A stretch of 52,673 nt of DNA, filler included, from Squatina squatina (taxonomy: Eukaryota), in the NCBI GenBank assembly GCA_031763465.1. It is 3 parts of 3 records of this genome, joined end to end, with 100 filler letters (N's around TTAATTAATTAA, not from the genome) between each part and the next. Parts side by side here need not be neighbours in the genome. Positions count along the whole stretch, not along the records: positions 16,218 to 38,889 come from JARFOE010000005.1; 2 more parts are not named here. The stretch is one strand, 5' to 3'. The notes under the pieces were generated by a model. It ran no database searches. It had not been told where the DNA came from and was given only the letters and a program-made list of their open reading frames with translations. Position numbers and translations under genes: made by a program. Below, one piece after another: positions 21,636-33,925 of the stretch. The first letter of the stretch is position 1; each line of letters begins with the position of its first letter.

Positions 21636-23559
21636 NNNNNNNNNNNNNNNNNNNNNNNNNNNNNNNNNNNNNNNNNNNNNNNNNNNNNNNNNNNNNNNNN
21701 NNNNNNNNNNNNNNNNNNNNNNNNNNNNNNNNNNNTTTGAGGTATCCCCGTATACTGATGCAAACAGGTCCTGAGCCTGTTTGCATCAGCCGTAAAACTT
21801 TTGGAATTGCTGGGCAGCTAGTGGGCAATTCGTCCAACTCTGCATCAGCAATGAGGATTTCCCCATCGGTGCAAATCATCTCTGAAGTTGTAACTTGACA
21901 GGTCGCAAGTTTGTGATTTAGAGTATGTGAAAATCCTGAGCTTGCGGTCCATTTCAAAGGCAGTAGGATGGCGTACTCACCATGAATTCTGACCCTATTT
22001 ATTTATTGATATCATAGAGCTTTCAGAATCCCAGCAGTTAATGGCAGCGTGCTGCAGAATGTCATCTTCAAATGAAGAGGTCTATCTTTGAAATTATCAC
22101 TCTCATCAGTTCATCATTGAAAACATGGAAGGCAGAGCAGAAGAATATGCCCTGGGGGATTCCATTATTATTCAGCATTAATAACAGAAATAATTCAAAG
22201 AGCTTTGAGTTACAAAAGAAAAGTTTTATTAATTTTCTGAACTCCATGGATGAGTTTATGCAGCCAATCGCTGTGGAGCTGATGGCATATTTATTCAATG
22301 CAATTTTCATATCACAAATTAATTTGGTTGTAGTATCAATGGCCGGAATACCAGTTTGCACAGATTGTGAGGGCAATTTTAATCCTCCCTGCCTTGCAGA
22401 AACCCTCCACAATCTGGAGTGCTCCTCCACAACCCACAAGGAAGGCTTAGGCCTCCCCTACCTGGTTGCCCATGTTCCCTGCTACAAGACTCCGCTCGGA
22501 ACCGCCTTTGCCCCACGCTTGCCTGAGTGCCAGTGGATGGTCCAATTTTTCAGACTGACTACCAACTCTTACCCACTTACTGCCCATTGCAGGTGGTGAG
22601 TGGGCGAGTGGGTCAAAGGTATATTAGTGAGGCCCAGCAGTTAAAATTGGCGTGGTTTCATACTGCTGTCGATGGGTGGGAGTCTCACTGGAGCCAGCGG
22701 CCTTTTAAAATCTCCTCATAGTTTCCATGACGTTGGTTACATTACCAAGCAATAAGGAACACCCAAGTCATTTTCAGCATTATAGCTGCATGACCATACG
22801 TTTTACAACTGTACATCTCCCCAAACTAATACCAATCATGAGAAAAATATAATTTAATTATCCTTGCTCCGGGGAATATCATCAAAATTTTATCCTGACT
22901 ACAGATGTTATAAATCTACCAGGCCATCTGTTGTTACCCAGAAATCTTTGCCCACGCCAGCGTGAGAAGAAAGAGAATCACTGCTGCCTAGATTGTGGTA
23001 TTCCAAAGAGAAGATTTCCCAATTGTTGAAGAACAATTAATCTTTACGATGAAGTGAATCTGGAAAAAAAAATAGTTGCTGCTGAGTGGCTTGGGGATTT
23101 GTTGGCAGCACAGTTTAATGAGGCACTCATGGCTGAATGTGAGTATGGAACAAGAACTAACAGACGTCAGAGGCACAACTAATCCAATTGTCTCGATTTC
23201 TCACATCTTGAAGATTAAATAATATTTGGTGGGGTGGGTGGGGGAGTCTGACCTCTGGAACATTATCATTTCCACAACTCTTCAGCTTTTAGTCTTGGAG
23301 ATCTGCAAAAACTGTTGGNNNNNNNNNNTTAGGTTGCATGGTTAATTTGAAGGAATGTGGACCACAAGCATTGCAATATGTCCTTAAAGAAGAACAATTT
23401 CCAATTAAAAAATGGCAATTGGTCTGTTTTGATAGCATAGGTTTCCCTATATGGCAAATTCACTGCACTCCCGGTGTGTAGGATTTGAACACGCATCGGA
23501 GATAGGGTTAAAACTATAACCCCTGTACTCTAACCTACATTGTCAATAAATGAGGCTCC

Positions 23560-23873
23560 ATACCAAGTTTGCACCTCAGTGGATGTTTCAAATCATTGAG
23601 GTACACAATGAACAGAAGTGGCACCAGAACTAATCCCTGTGGGACACTGCTACCTACTCCCAACCACTCTGAGAAATCCCACTTAACTTTTATTCTCCGT
23701 TTCCTCCCTTCTAATCAGTTTTCAATCCAATTTGTTATGTTCTTCCCTAATTCCATAACCCATAAACTTCCCCAATATTCTCCTGTGTGGTTCCTTGCCA
23801 AAGGCTTGCTGAAAGTCCATGTACACCACATCCACTGCATTTCCCCCAACCACCATATCTGTCATCTTTTAAA
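23560..23873 (-). mobile_element. Degenerate CR1 LINE RT fragment
   Basis: Minus strand GTGTCCCACAGGGATTAGTTCTGGTGCCACTTCTGTTC is a decayed GVPQGSVLGPLLF motif. Confidence 0.75.
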
Positions 23874-26800
23874 NNNNNNNNNNNNNNNNNNNNNNNNNNN
23901 NNNNNNNNNNNNNNNNNNNNNNNNNNNNNNNNNNNNNNNNNNNNNNNNNNNNNNNNNNNNNNNNNNNNNNNNNGTTCACACAGGAAAAGCACCAGTTGGC
24001 AAAAAAGACCCTACAATGAAGCTGCTAACCACCTGATCAGGATGAGTTGGTGAAAGATGATGTTGAGCTCTCAAACATCAAAATTGCTGCTGCAATCCAT
24101 TCTGCAGCTGCCTCATGGTCAATTTTTCTTTTGGAAGAAAAATTTAACGCATTTAATTATATATTTTGGAGATAAATAACATTTCCCATGGCATATCCTG
24201 AGACAGCAATACAGTATTCCTTTAATGAAACTGCAAATATTATTGAAGGTCATCATTAGCTGATGTGCCATTTTGCAGAAATTGCTCAGCTTGTGATTAT
24301 TCCGAAGTGGTATCAAACTGCCAGTTATCTAATAAAGTTTACTTCAGTTTATTAAAAAGGAAAATGCTGTCCAGTATTTTCAAGCTCATTTTACTTAAAA
24401 GTAAATAGGCAAAGAAAAATTTACTTCCCTGCACCTTGCAGAGCATTGCCAGCATGCTCCTTTGAGAAATAAAAGAAATAATGTAAGCTAACGAGTGAAT
24501 ATAATATCTGCATGGGCCATGCACAGTGGAGTTATAATTGCTTCACTAGGGAAGTGTATAGTTTGTAACAAAACCGAGGGGCATTTGTTTGCTATGAGGA
24601 GAGGGTTCTGAGAAACTATGATGAAGAAAGGCTAAAAGGACACATTTGCTTATTACTTTAGTGGTGGCACATGCACCAGTAATTGTTATCTGTTAATCAT
24701 TTTGTGCGTAACTCTGTGTGCGTTGATTGTTAATTTGCCCTCCACCCCATCTTCAAATTATTCGAACATCAACAGTTAATGTGTAGGCACATAAACACAC
24801 AGATATAGCGTCAAACTTTCTTTTTGCTTAGGTCCTTGTTAATGAGCAATTAGTGGGAAACATGCACATTTTCTCAGCATCGACTTTATTTGCAAAGCTC
24901 ATTAATTTGCCCCATTTAAAGTTAAATGCATCTGNNNNNNNNNNNNNNNNNNNNNNNNNNNNNNNNNNNNNNNNNNNNNNNNNNNNNNNNNNNNNNNNNN
25001 NNNNNNNNNNNNNNNNNNNNNNNNNNNNNNNNNNGTCTCTTATTTAGTGAGCCCATTATTGCTTCAGGGGTTTGTTGTTCACCCTGAGGCTACCTCTCTG
25101 ATCATTTGCAAAAGATGAAGTCTTTGCTCATGGCAAGTGTAGGCTTGCTTGTGGAAGTTTTCTGCTGAGCGTGAGAAACAGTACCGAGAGATCCTGAATC
25201 AAATCACTGTGTACTGTGAAACCAGGTGACTGACCTTTTACTTGGGCTTCTCAATATTAAATATTCACAAGGTTTATAATCCCATCTAGAAACTCCTAAT
25301 CTAGATTTACAGAGTTCCATTTCAAGCTGTCTTCCATTCTAAAGTAGAATATGCATTGTTGTCATGTAATAAAAATCTGAGGCCGATTGCTTATTCCTTT
25401 GCAAATGGAACCATTGTGATGTATACTTACATCAGCTGATGGACATGAGAATGGAGGCACCTAGAGACAGATAACACTGAAAAATGGGAAAGAAATCCAA
25501 TATGCAAATATCTGATTAGAATGACGCCTTCCTTATTTTACTTCTGCTTTCTGATTATGTTCTGCGGCCTGTAGTAACAATCATAAATAAAAAGGATGAA
25601 CGTTTCTATATATAAAGACCCAGGAATGGAAGACAAAAAGAAAAATCATTTACACTTTGCTCAGCCACAAAGAAATGTCTTTTGTTGCACCACATTGATT
25701 CATTTCCAATAATATCAGACTGAAAATGAAAGCTCATTTTTCCCGCACAAAATAGTTCATGTGACTTCTTCATCAGAGAAAGAATTATTGATTTCTGGTG
25801 TGTCTCTNNNNNNNNNNGTTGCCTGTTGCACAAATTGTGCCCATAAAGAGGCCGTGACAGGGTTCTGATGACATTACTCATCAGTTTGATTGATTATGCC
25901 TACAATTCAGCCAGGAACAGATTATAGCTGTCTGAGGATTGATTGATAAGGCTTGTTACAGACCTTGGAAATAGATTAAAGTTACCCAATTGGCATACAA
26001 CGAGGCAATATTTATCGCTGGCAAAGTATTCTGTTGTACGGTGGTTACAGGGAAGATCTGTCGTGATTAGTGGCACTACCACTGAAAAATCTTTTCTACT
26101 CTGAAACTTTTGGTTCTGAGCAATTCTCGAATCTGGATTTCTTTGAAAAACTTGTGGTGTGCTTAAGCTCTGCTGAAGAGATTAGCATTCAGTCCAAATT
26201 ACTGTCACTAATATTACCAGAGTCTATCTATCACACTATGACTGACTGTCCCATCACAATTATTAATTACCTTTAATTGTTTCTTCACTTCAGATAATGA
26301 CAGATTTATCACAAATTTCAAGGACAGATTTTAATCAATTCTGCATAAGTACCAATTCACTTTATTTCTGCATTTTGTATGAATTTCAACAATAGATGAC
26401 ACATAATTCAATATATAACAAGTGCCTTTGCTGTGGACATTCAGTAAAACTAGGAATTAAACTATTGGGCCCAGTTCTTGAATAATTCTTTTTAGATATC
26501 TGTTATTCCCAATTGTCTCCTCCACTATCATTTTCAGTGCCTTTTTTCTTTAGATTCAAAGAGCTTTTTAAGCAAATAGGTGGATTTATGAAAGCAGAGA
26601 TCCACATCTGTATAGCTACAAACTGTAAAACATGTTACGTAGGGTGTGAGCAAACAGTGAGTTTTAGGAAATCTTCAATGATGTGTGTATCAGCACTAGT
26701 TTGATGAATGGATTTTTTTTTTTACTGCAGATACCTAAATACATTCAGCCATTCAAAAACTGAGTATGAAGTGAGAACGATTGCAAGAGCTGGGTTTAAG

Positions 26801-27664
26801 TCAAGTCCAGACTGACAAGATAGAGGTTTCTTCCTTTGGCTGACTGCAGTAGTCCAACATTGAAAAGGGTTTTGGACAGTCTCAATCCTGCTTTGAGTGA
26901 ACATTGGTGCATAGCACAAAGGNNNNNNNNNNNNNNNNNNNNNNNNNNNNNNNNNNNNNNNNNNNNNNNNNNNNNNNNNNNNNNNNNNNNNNNNNNNNNN
27001 NNNNNNNNNNNNNNNNNNNNNNTAACCAGCCACAGAGCCACACTTACAGTTTACAGCTTGACAGGGCACAAACAGACCTACTATTTTAATAGTATTAACA
27101 TTGATATCCACGGCACAAATAATGGACTTAATAAAACCAAAGGAAAGGTCATGGGAAACTGACAGTTTGTGCTGATTAAAAAAAGTACTAGAACAGCACT
27201 TTGGCTCCTTGTGTCTAAGCCCATAAGAGCACCTCAAAGGAACCTCTCAGCCTTGGTAAATCTTATTACATTAAGGAAAATGGGAGCAGTAATGCACAGA
27301 GGGATGTTCATTCTAACAAGTTAATTGAAACCTGGATGGCTTTGAACTAATGCAAACAGTTGCTTTCTCAGGTAGTTCTACCAGAGTTTACTCTGGAGGG
27401 TTCATGTAGCGGCGAATGGATTAGTAATGATGCTGTGGTCAGGTACAAGAGATCAGTCATCAGACAAAAGTAGATCAGAGCAGTAATATCACTTAAAGCA
27501 TTGGGTAAATCTTTACTGTACATGTCCCTTCCTTGGCCAGGACAAATGGAATGGATGTTCTGAGGAAATTTACCAGATGTTTTCGGCCACTTGCTATTTT
27601 TTCAACTTTACACTTATGCCAACCTTTTCACTAATATGAGTGACTGGAGGAAAATATACAATAA

Positions 27665-27815
27665 GGGTAATTTTGTGAGGGGAGTCTCCTGAAGCAGAAC
27701 CTCACAAGACAGGAGCCTGGGTTGAAGAATTGGCAATATAATGTTAGCTCTATCTTTGACTCATGCTTCTATCACACGTTCTCTGTACTAGTAGCAGAAA
27801 CTCTCAAAACTACCC
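27665..27815. mobile_element. 151-bp MITE-like element
   Basis: Left end GGGTAATTTTGTGAG versus reverse complement of the right end GGGTAGTTTTGAGAG (13/15 identical); ATAA flanks both sides. Confidence 0.6.
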
Positions 27816-28113
27816 ATAATATGCCCTCCCTACAAACCTGGAGGCTCCAGTGAGGAGCGGCGACTATTTTGTAAGGGAAAATACAAAATGCACATTCCTA
27901 ACTGATGGATTTCAATTTTGTTTTGGTGAACCTTGCAAACTAAAATGGAAATGATAAGTGATGAGTGGTACAATAAACAAAAACGATGTGATAAACTGAA
28001 TCTGCTCCTAAAACACCAAAGTGCAAACATTTCCCAGATGGACTGAATGATTTCCCATCATTCCTTCCAGATATAACTGTGATAGTGAATATTATCCCAC
28101 CTTACAATAGTTC

Positions 28114-28361
28114 CCTACATGACAACACCATCGTACATGACAACATCATCCTACATTACAACACCATCCTACATTACAACATCATCTGACAAGACAACAC
28201 CATCCTACAGGATATCATCATCCTAAATTACAACACTATCCTACATTACAACACTATCTTACATGACAACATCATCCTACATTACAACACCATCCTACAT
28301 TACAACACTATCCTAATTACAACAATATCCTACATGACAACATCATCCTACATTACAACAC
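28114..28361. repeat. 18-bp minisatellite, about 14 copies, truncated by a gap
   Basis: Consensus CCTACATKACAACAYCAT. Confidence 0.95.
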
Positions 28362-31300
28362 NNNNNNNNNNNNNNNNNNNNNNNNNNNNNNNNNNNNNNN
28401 NNNNNNNNNNNNNNNNNNNNNNNNNNNNNNNNNNNNNNNNNNNNNNNNNNNNNNNNNNNNNTCAGGTGAAAGTCCCAATGACTTACCCACAGACCTAACA
28501 AGGGCAATGCAAGAGATCTTCTATATTGAACAGGCATTTCATCTACTTGGAAAAGGCACATCTTTTCTGCAGGCTAGAATTGGCTCTTTCAAAATGTTCT
28601 TATTATACAGAGAGCTGACTTGGTATTATAATGTGACTTCAGGAATGAAGTCTGACTCATTATGAAAGGTCAGGTGGGTCATTTCCTGCTAAGCTGTTTA
28701 AATTACACAATTACATGCATAGCTCCATTGAAGAGCTAAATTTACCACCAGTACTAAATTGAGGTGCTGAAACCTGATAAATCATGCATTCATGTTGGAT
28801 CAGTAATTACAGGTAAGTACTCTACATTCATTATCCTAATGGCTTTAATGGGCGCGCGGTGTGATAGTGACCTACAATCTTTATTTTTAGTACAATAGTG
28901 TGGTCCAGCCTATTCCAACCTAAACCTTTACTATGTCTAATATGTATCCTGCGACCAAGAAGGAAGCAATGTCAGAATCATCCTTTACATAAGGATTTAT
29001 TGATAGTTAGCAATAATCCTGGACTATGAAACTAATTTTGCTCAGTTTATTTGATCCCCATTCACTCTCTGCTTCCCCAATGAACTGTACTGTACTGCGA
29101 AAGTAACATTAATCAGCCTGTGCTGAAAAAAGAGCTTTAACAACTTAACAGCGATATGAAAACACCAGCTGGTATCTCTGGAGCCTTATTCACAAAACAA
29201 ACAGAATAATAATAATACGAAACATACCCCCCACCCCATCCCCCACCACCATTACAGGCATTGCAAAATTTAACCTGTGATCTAAATATAAAAAGTTTGC
29301 AATCTGAATTTAAAAAGCTCTCTAAAAATATATATTTATCTATTAATATATTAAAAATCCCATGTCTATGTTCACTTCCTATCAACTTTTTCCATTGCAA
29401 ATTCCACTACTTATCATGGAATCTCTCTATGTAAACTTGTCAGTCTGTAATTACACCCTCCATCCGGTGGTGGTNNNNNNNNNNNNNNNNNNNNNNNNNN
29501 NNNNNNNNNNNNNNNNNNNNNNNNNNNNNNNNNNNNNNNNNNNNNNNNNNNNNNNNNNNNNNNNNNNNNNNNNNAATGTATCATTGGTTTTTCGTCAAGA
29601 AATAGTTTGTGACTTTATGGGAAATTAGGAGAGCCTGTGTGATTCAAATGGAAAGTGAAATGCGGGGGACGCTGATCACCTGAAGAAGCATTTTCAAATG
29701 TGCCATGTTTTCTTTAGTGATCTGCTTTAATGGGGTATATCTGTCTGAAAAATGATGAGCTCAGTCTAACACAGAAGGATTTATCAACAGTAGCTCACAA
29801 AAGCCTTTTTAATCAATTATTCATTAGCAGAGCTCTGGCTGCCTGCCAGTCACCGTGCCGGCTCACTCGAGTTCACACACATAGGCATATTACCAGCTCT
29901 TTTCCTGACGGTGCATCTGTGATTTTAGCAGCTAAAAAAAAATGCGAGAAATAATGAAATTGTGATTCCGAAGTTAGAAAGAAGATTGCTGTCTTACCAA
30001 TCACCGTACAGAGAGAGAGAGAGAGAGCTGAGCACTTGTTCTCCAAGCTCTGATTTATGTAACAGGCGAAATGTACAATTACTCTCCATTTTTCCCTGAC
30101 TGTGGTTTGACTTTTGGGTCCCGTCCAACGCAACGGTAAGAGTAAGCGATTTGGAATTTCCTTTCGGTGTTATACTTGCTTCTTGCTTCTGGATGCCAAT
30201 AGATTTTTGTCCAGTGTTCAGGTTGGGCAGTAGAAAAAAGGACACCTTGCAGCAACTGACAAAGCTTTCCAATTCTGAAAGGGCTACAGCCATGGGAAGT
30301 GAAAGTGCATAAGNNNNNNNNNNNNNNNNNNNNNNNNNNNNNNNNNNNNNNNNNNNNNNNNNNNNNNNNNNNNNNNNNNNNNNNNNNNNNNNNNNNNNNN
30401 NNNNNNNNNNNNNTGTCTTCAACGACTGATCCACTGCAATGGCAGCACCTCGGCTTTATCTTCTTCTACCCATCCTGCTAGATGACACTACAGCAGATCT
30501 CTTTGCAGACCTCTTTGGGCCAGCAGGACTTTGCCACGAAGCATCAGCTGAGTGTGGCGGTCCATAGCAAGTGGGTGCTCCCTTTCCTGAAAGATTATCA
30601 TAATTATAAGTAACAAAGCATGATATAACTGCATAGTGTATTCCAAAAAGACAATTTCTGCTCTTATAAACTCTTTTAGAAGATAAATGTATCTCAATGA
30701 TGTGCTTAACACCTTTACTTACTGTGTGACATTCTGGTTGACTTAATAACTGGCCTTAAAGGATCTCAATTGGATAAATTAAACTATATGTTAATTTTCA
30801 TTAGCCTGTTGCAAAACCTTTATTTATTGATGGGATTAGTGAGACCCTAGTTTACAATGCTTGTCTAGCCAAACTAATCCACAATTTCTTGCAATTCAAT
30901 AATCTAATGTTAATGGCAAGGCTTCCTAATTAAAGCCTGCCTTACCTTGCCCTGATGGTTCCCGACAAAACAAACTGACAGATGTAATTAATGTAGTTTC
31001 GTGAGCTATCACTTAAAAAAGTGTGCCTATTCATATTCAGAAGCTCTCAGTCAAGACAGTAACTGCTATTTGCATGCAGTGTGCAGAGGAGGAGATAAAG
31101 AAATAAGGGTTGATTGGCAACCGGAGGTAGTGTGTTCAATCTGACTCGGCCCTATCTGTAATTGAGTAACTGATCTCAAATACAGAGAAATGACAAACAA
31201 AGATGACCTCTAGAAGATCAACTTTTCAAGTTACATCAGCGGTTACAAGTTTTTATTAGCATTGCATCAGTGCTTTTTGGGGCTTTATATTTTCTCTTAA

Positions 31301-32261
31301 AAATATCTTTGCAATGGAAAATTGAAGTTTCTGTTAAAAATCCTGCTTCTTTGTGGCTCTTTTCTCAATGGTTGTATTGATACTTTTCTCATTTTTAATT
31401 ATGTTCTCTCTCAATTAAACCGTCCCTAAATAATTCACCACTGTCCGGTGAGAGGGTGATCNNNNNNNNNNNNNNNNNNNNNNNNNNNNNNNNNNNNNNN
31501 NNNNNNNNNNNNNNNNNNNNNNNNNNNNNNNNNNNNNNNNNNNNNNNNNNNNNNNNNNNNNCCTGAATTCGTTTACCCTGCTTTAAACATAATATGAGCA
31601 CTAAGTAAATGTACATCTGGAGACAGAGATCAACATTGAAAAGATACTAATTTATACACAATTTTTACTGTAAGTGTCCATTCTGCACTTTCAATGATCT
31701 ATGATTTCAATCAGTCTGCACGGTAAAATGGTACGTAGATTTTGGTCTAATGCATTTATTAACTTCAGTTACTTCATTGTACAAGAAACTATATAGATTG
31801 CCTATTCATTACTGTCTAGTCTACTACATTAATTCAGGCCATTTTATCGATCAACTGCTCACACGTCTTCACAATTGCAAACATGAAATGCTTACAGTGC
31901 TTTCATATTTTAAACTTAAACTTTAAAGGTGAATAGCTTCAGTTTTATTGCATGAAAAACATATTTACTACACAAGCATTTAAATAATCAAAAATGGGTG
32001 CTAGACATTATCAAAATGATTATTTACAACAGTATTTCCTTTGCTGCAAAACTCAGGTCTCTCTGTGGTTATCCAATCATAATCTTCCCCATAGATGTCA
32101 GAAGAAGCAATCCAGAATCTGTGACCTTTACTCAACTTTTAAAGTAATGATGTGGGAATGTGAAGAATTTCCACTGTGTATAATTTATGGCAAAATCCTA
32201 GACATGTCTATTAATAGCAAACACTGCAAATCTTTTAATGGATGTAGATTTGAATAAGTGT

Positions 32262-32425
32262 TAGCATGGCTCAATGGCAGCACCCTCACCACTGAATCAG
32301 AAGGTTATGGGTTCAAGTCCCCTCCAGGATTCTGAGCATGTAATCTAGACTGACAGTTTAATGCAGTACTGAGAGAGTATGTCATTGTCTGAGGTATGGT
32401 TTTTAGGATGAGACATTAAACTGAG
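32262..32425 (+). mobile_element. SacSINE1-like SINE 5' part
   Basis: tRNA-like head TGGCTCAATGG...GGGTTCAAGTCCC, then GCAGTACTGAG...GGATGAGACATTAAAC. Confidence 0.75.
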
Positions 32426-33547
32426 NNNNNNNNNNNNNNNNNNNNNNNNNNNNNNNNNNNNNNNNNNNNNNNNNNNNNNNNNNNNNNNNNNNNNNNNNNN
32501 NNNNNNNNNNNNNNNNNNNNNNNNNAACTCTAAATTTCTCCCAGTCCTCAGGTTTGCTGCTTTTATGAGCCAATTTGAAAGTAGCAGGACAGGTAGATAA
32601 GGTGATCAAGAAGGCATATGGGATACTTAGATTCATAGGGCGGTCAATTCGACTTCCCTAAGTTACTGGCACTAACGGATGAATTGTTAAGTGTAAAGTT
32701 CCGGTTTTGGCGCTCTCTCTTTAAGGCCTACAATTTGGCACACAGCAAAAAAAATTCTGACAGCTTAAAAAAAAGTGCTAATTTCAGCGCTAAAGGGCCC
32801 CCAGTTACCGCTGATTAACTTAGTTTCTTTCAGCAGGCTAATTGCAGTAGAAGCCCAACTGGAATCAATCCTCCAAAAGAGTAACTGGAATCAATCATCC
32901 CTCAGGCCTCATCAGAAATTCAATTTTTCACTGGGTCTCACCTCTTGGCCTCAGGAATGATTGCTGTGTATGAAGCCAGTCCAGATGCGGAAAAGAGACC
33001 TCAACTTTTACAAATCGCCATGGTAGTTTAACATCCAACTTTATTTAATGTGACACCACAGTGAAGTAAAATGGAAATTGCATTTGTGCAACATGGCTAA
33101 TATGACTTTCCCCTTATTGAAAACAATCGGGAAATTTCAATTAACTGCATGTAGGAGGCTAGCTGGCTGCTGGAACATTCGCACTTGCCGTTGGCCATTC
33201 CATTACAGTAATATATTTATTCATTTTTTCAATGCTTTATCTCCCTTTCCCTGTTGCACAGTATTGAACACTGCTGACACGTTTTAAAAATTCCAGTGCG
33301 CAGTGGAACCTATTTTTAGCAGTGATTAACTTTGCTGAGATTGAATTGCAATGAAGATATTGATCGCTGCAAATATCAATTACCATAATTTTTGTGATGA
33401 CTAAGTCTTAGCTGATTTCAAACCTTTTGCGTGGGGGAGCTTGGACTTGACACATGTGCCCTCTACATTATCAAAGGTTGTGTTGGGGAATGGTTAGAGC
33501 AAGAATCAAAATTTAATTACATTCACCATAAGCTCTTAAATTATGTA

Positions 33548-33925
33548 TCAGCTGTGGCTCAGTGGGCAACACTCGTCTCTCCGTCAGAAGGTTGTGGGTT
33601 CATGTCCCACTCCAGGGACTTAAGCACAAAAATCTAGGCTGATACTGCAGTGCAGAGCTGAGGGAGTGCTGCACTGTTGGAGGTGCCGTCATTTGGATGA
33701 GACGTTAAACCGAGGCCTCATCTGCTCTCTGAAGTAGACGTAAAAGAATCCATGGCACTATTTCAAAGAAGAGCAGGGGAGTTAGCTCTGGTGCCCTGGC
33801 CAATGTTTATCGTTCAGCCAATGTCGCTACAAAATAGATTATTTGGTCATTACCACATTGCTGTAGGTGGGAGCTTGCTGTGCACAAATTGGCATTTCCT
33901 ACATTACAACACTGACTACACTTTC
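33548..33925 (+). mobile_element. Near full-length SacSINE1/DeuSINE-like SINE
   Basis: A-box-like TGGCTCAGTGG and B-box-like GGTTCATGTCC, with the conserved body through CCTACATTACAACACTGACTACAC. Confidence 0.85.

Noticed and set aside
21109-21957. Long ORFs (282 aa and 191 aa) in the GC-rich island
   Set aside because: They span an N gap, lie in a stop-poor GC-rich repeat and show no domain signature.
22072-22599. 175-aa + strand ORF with an ATG start
   Set aside because: It runs from AT-rich CNE-like sequence into a MITE-like repeat, resembles no known protein and has no splice support. A homology search would settle it.
33548-33625. tRNA-like sequences (also at 5551, 32262 and about 47610-47682)
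   Set aside because: They are degenerate SINE heads continuing into SINE bodies, without an intact cloverleaf.
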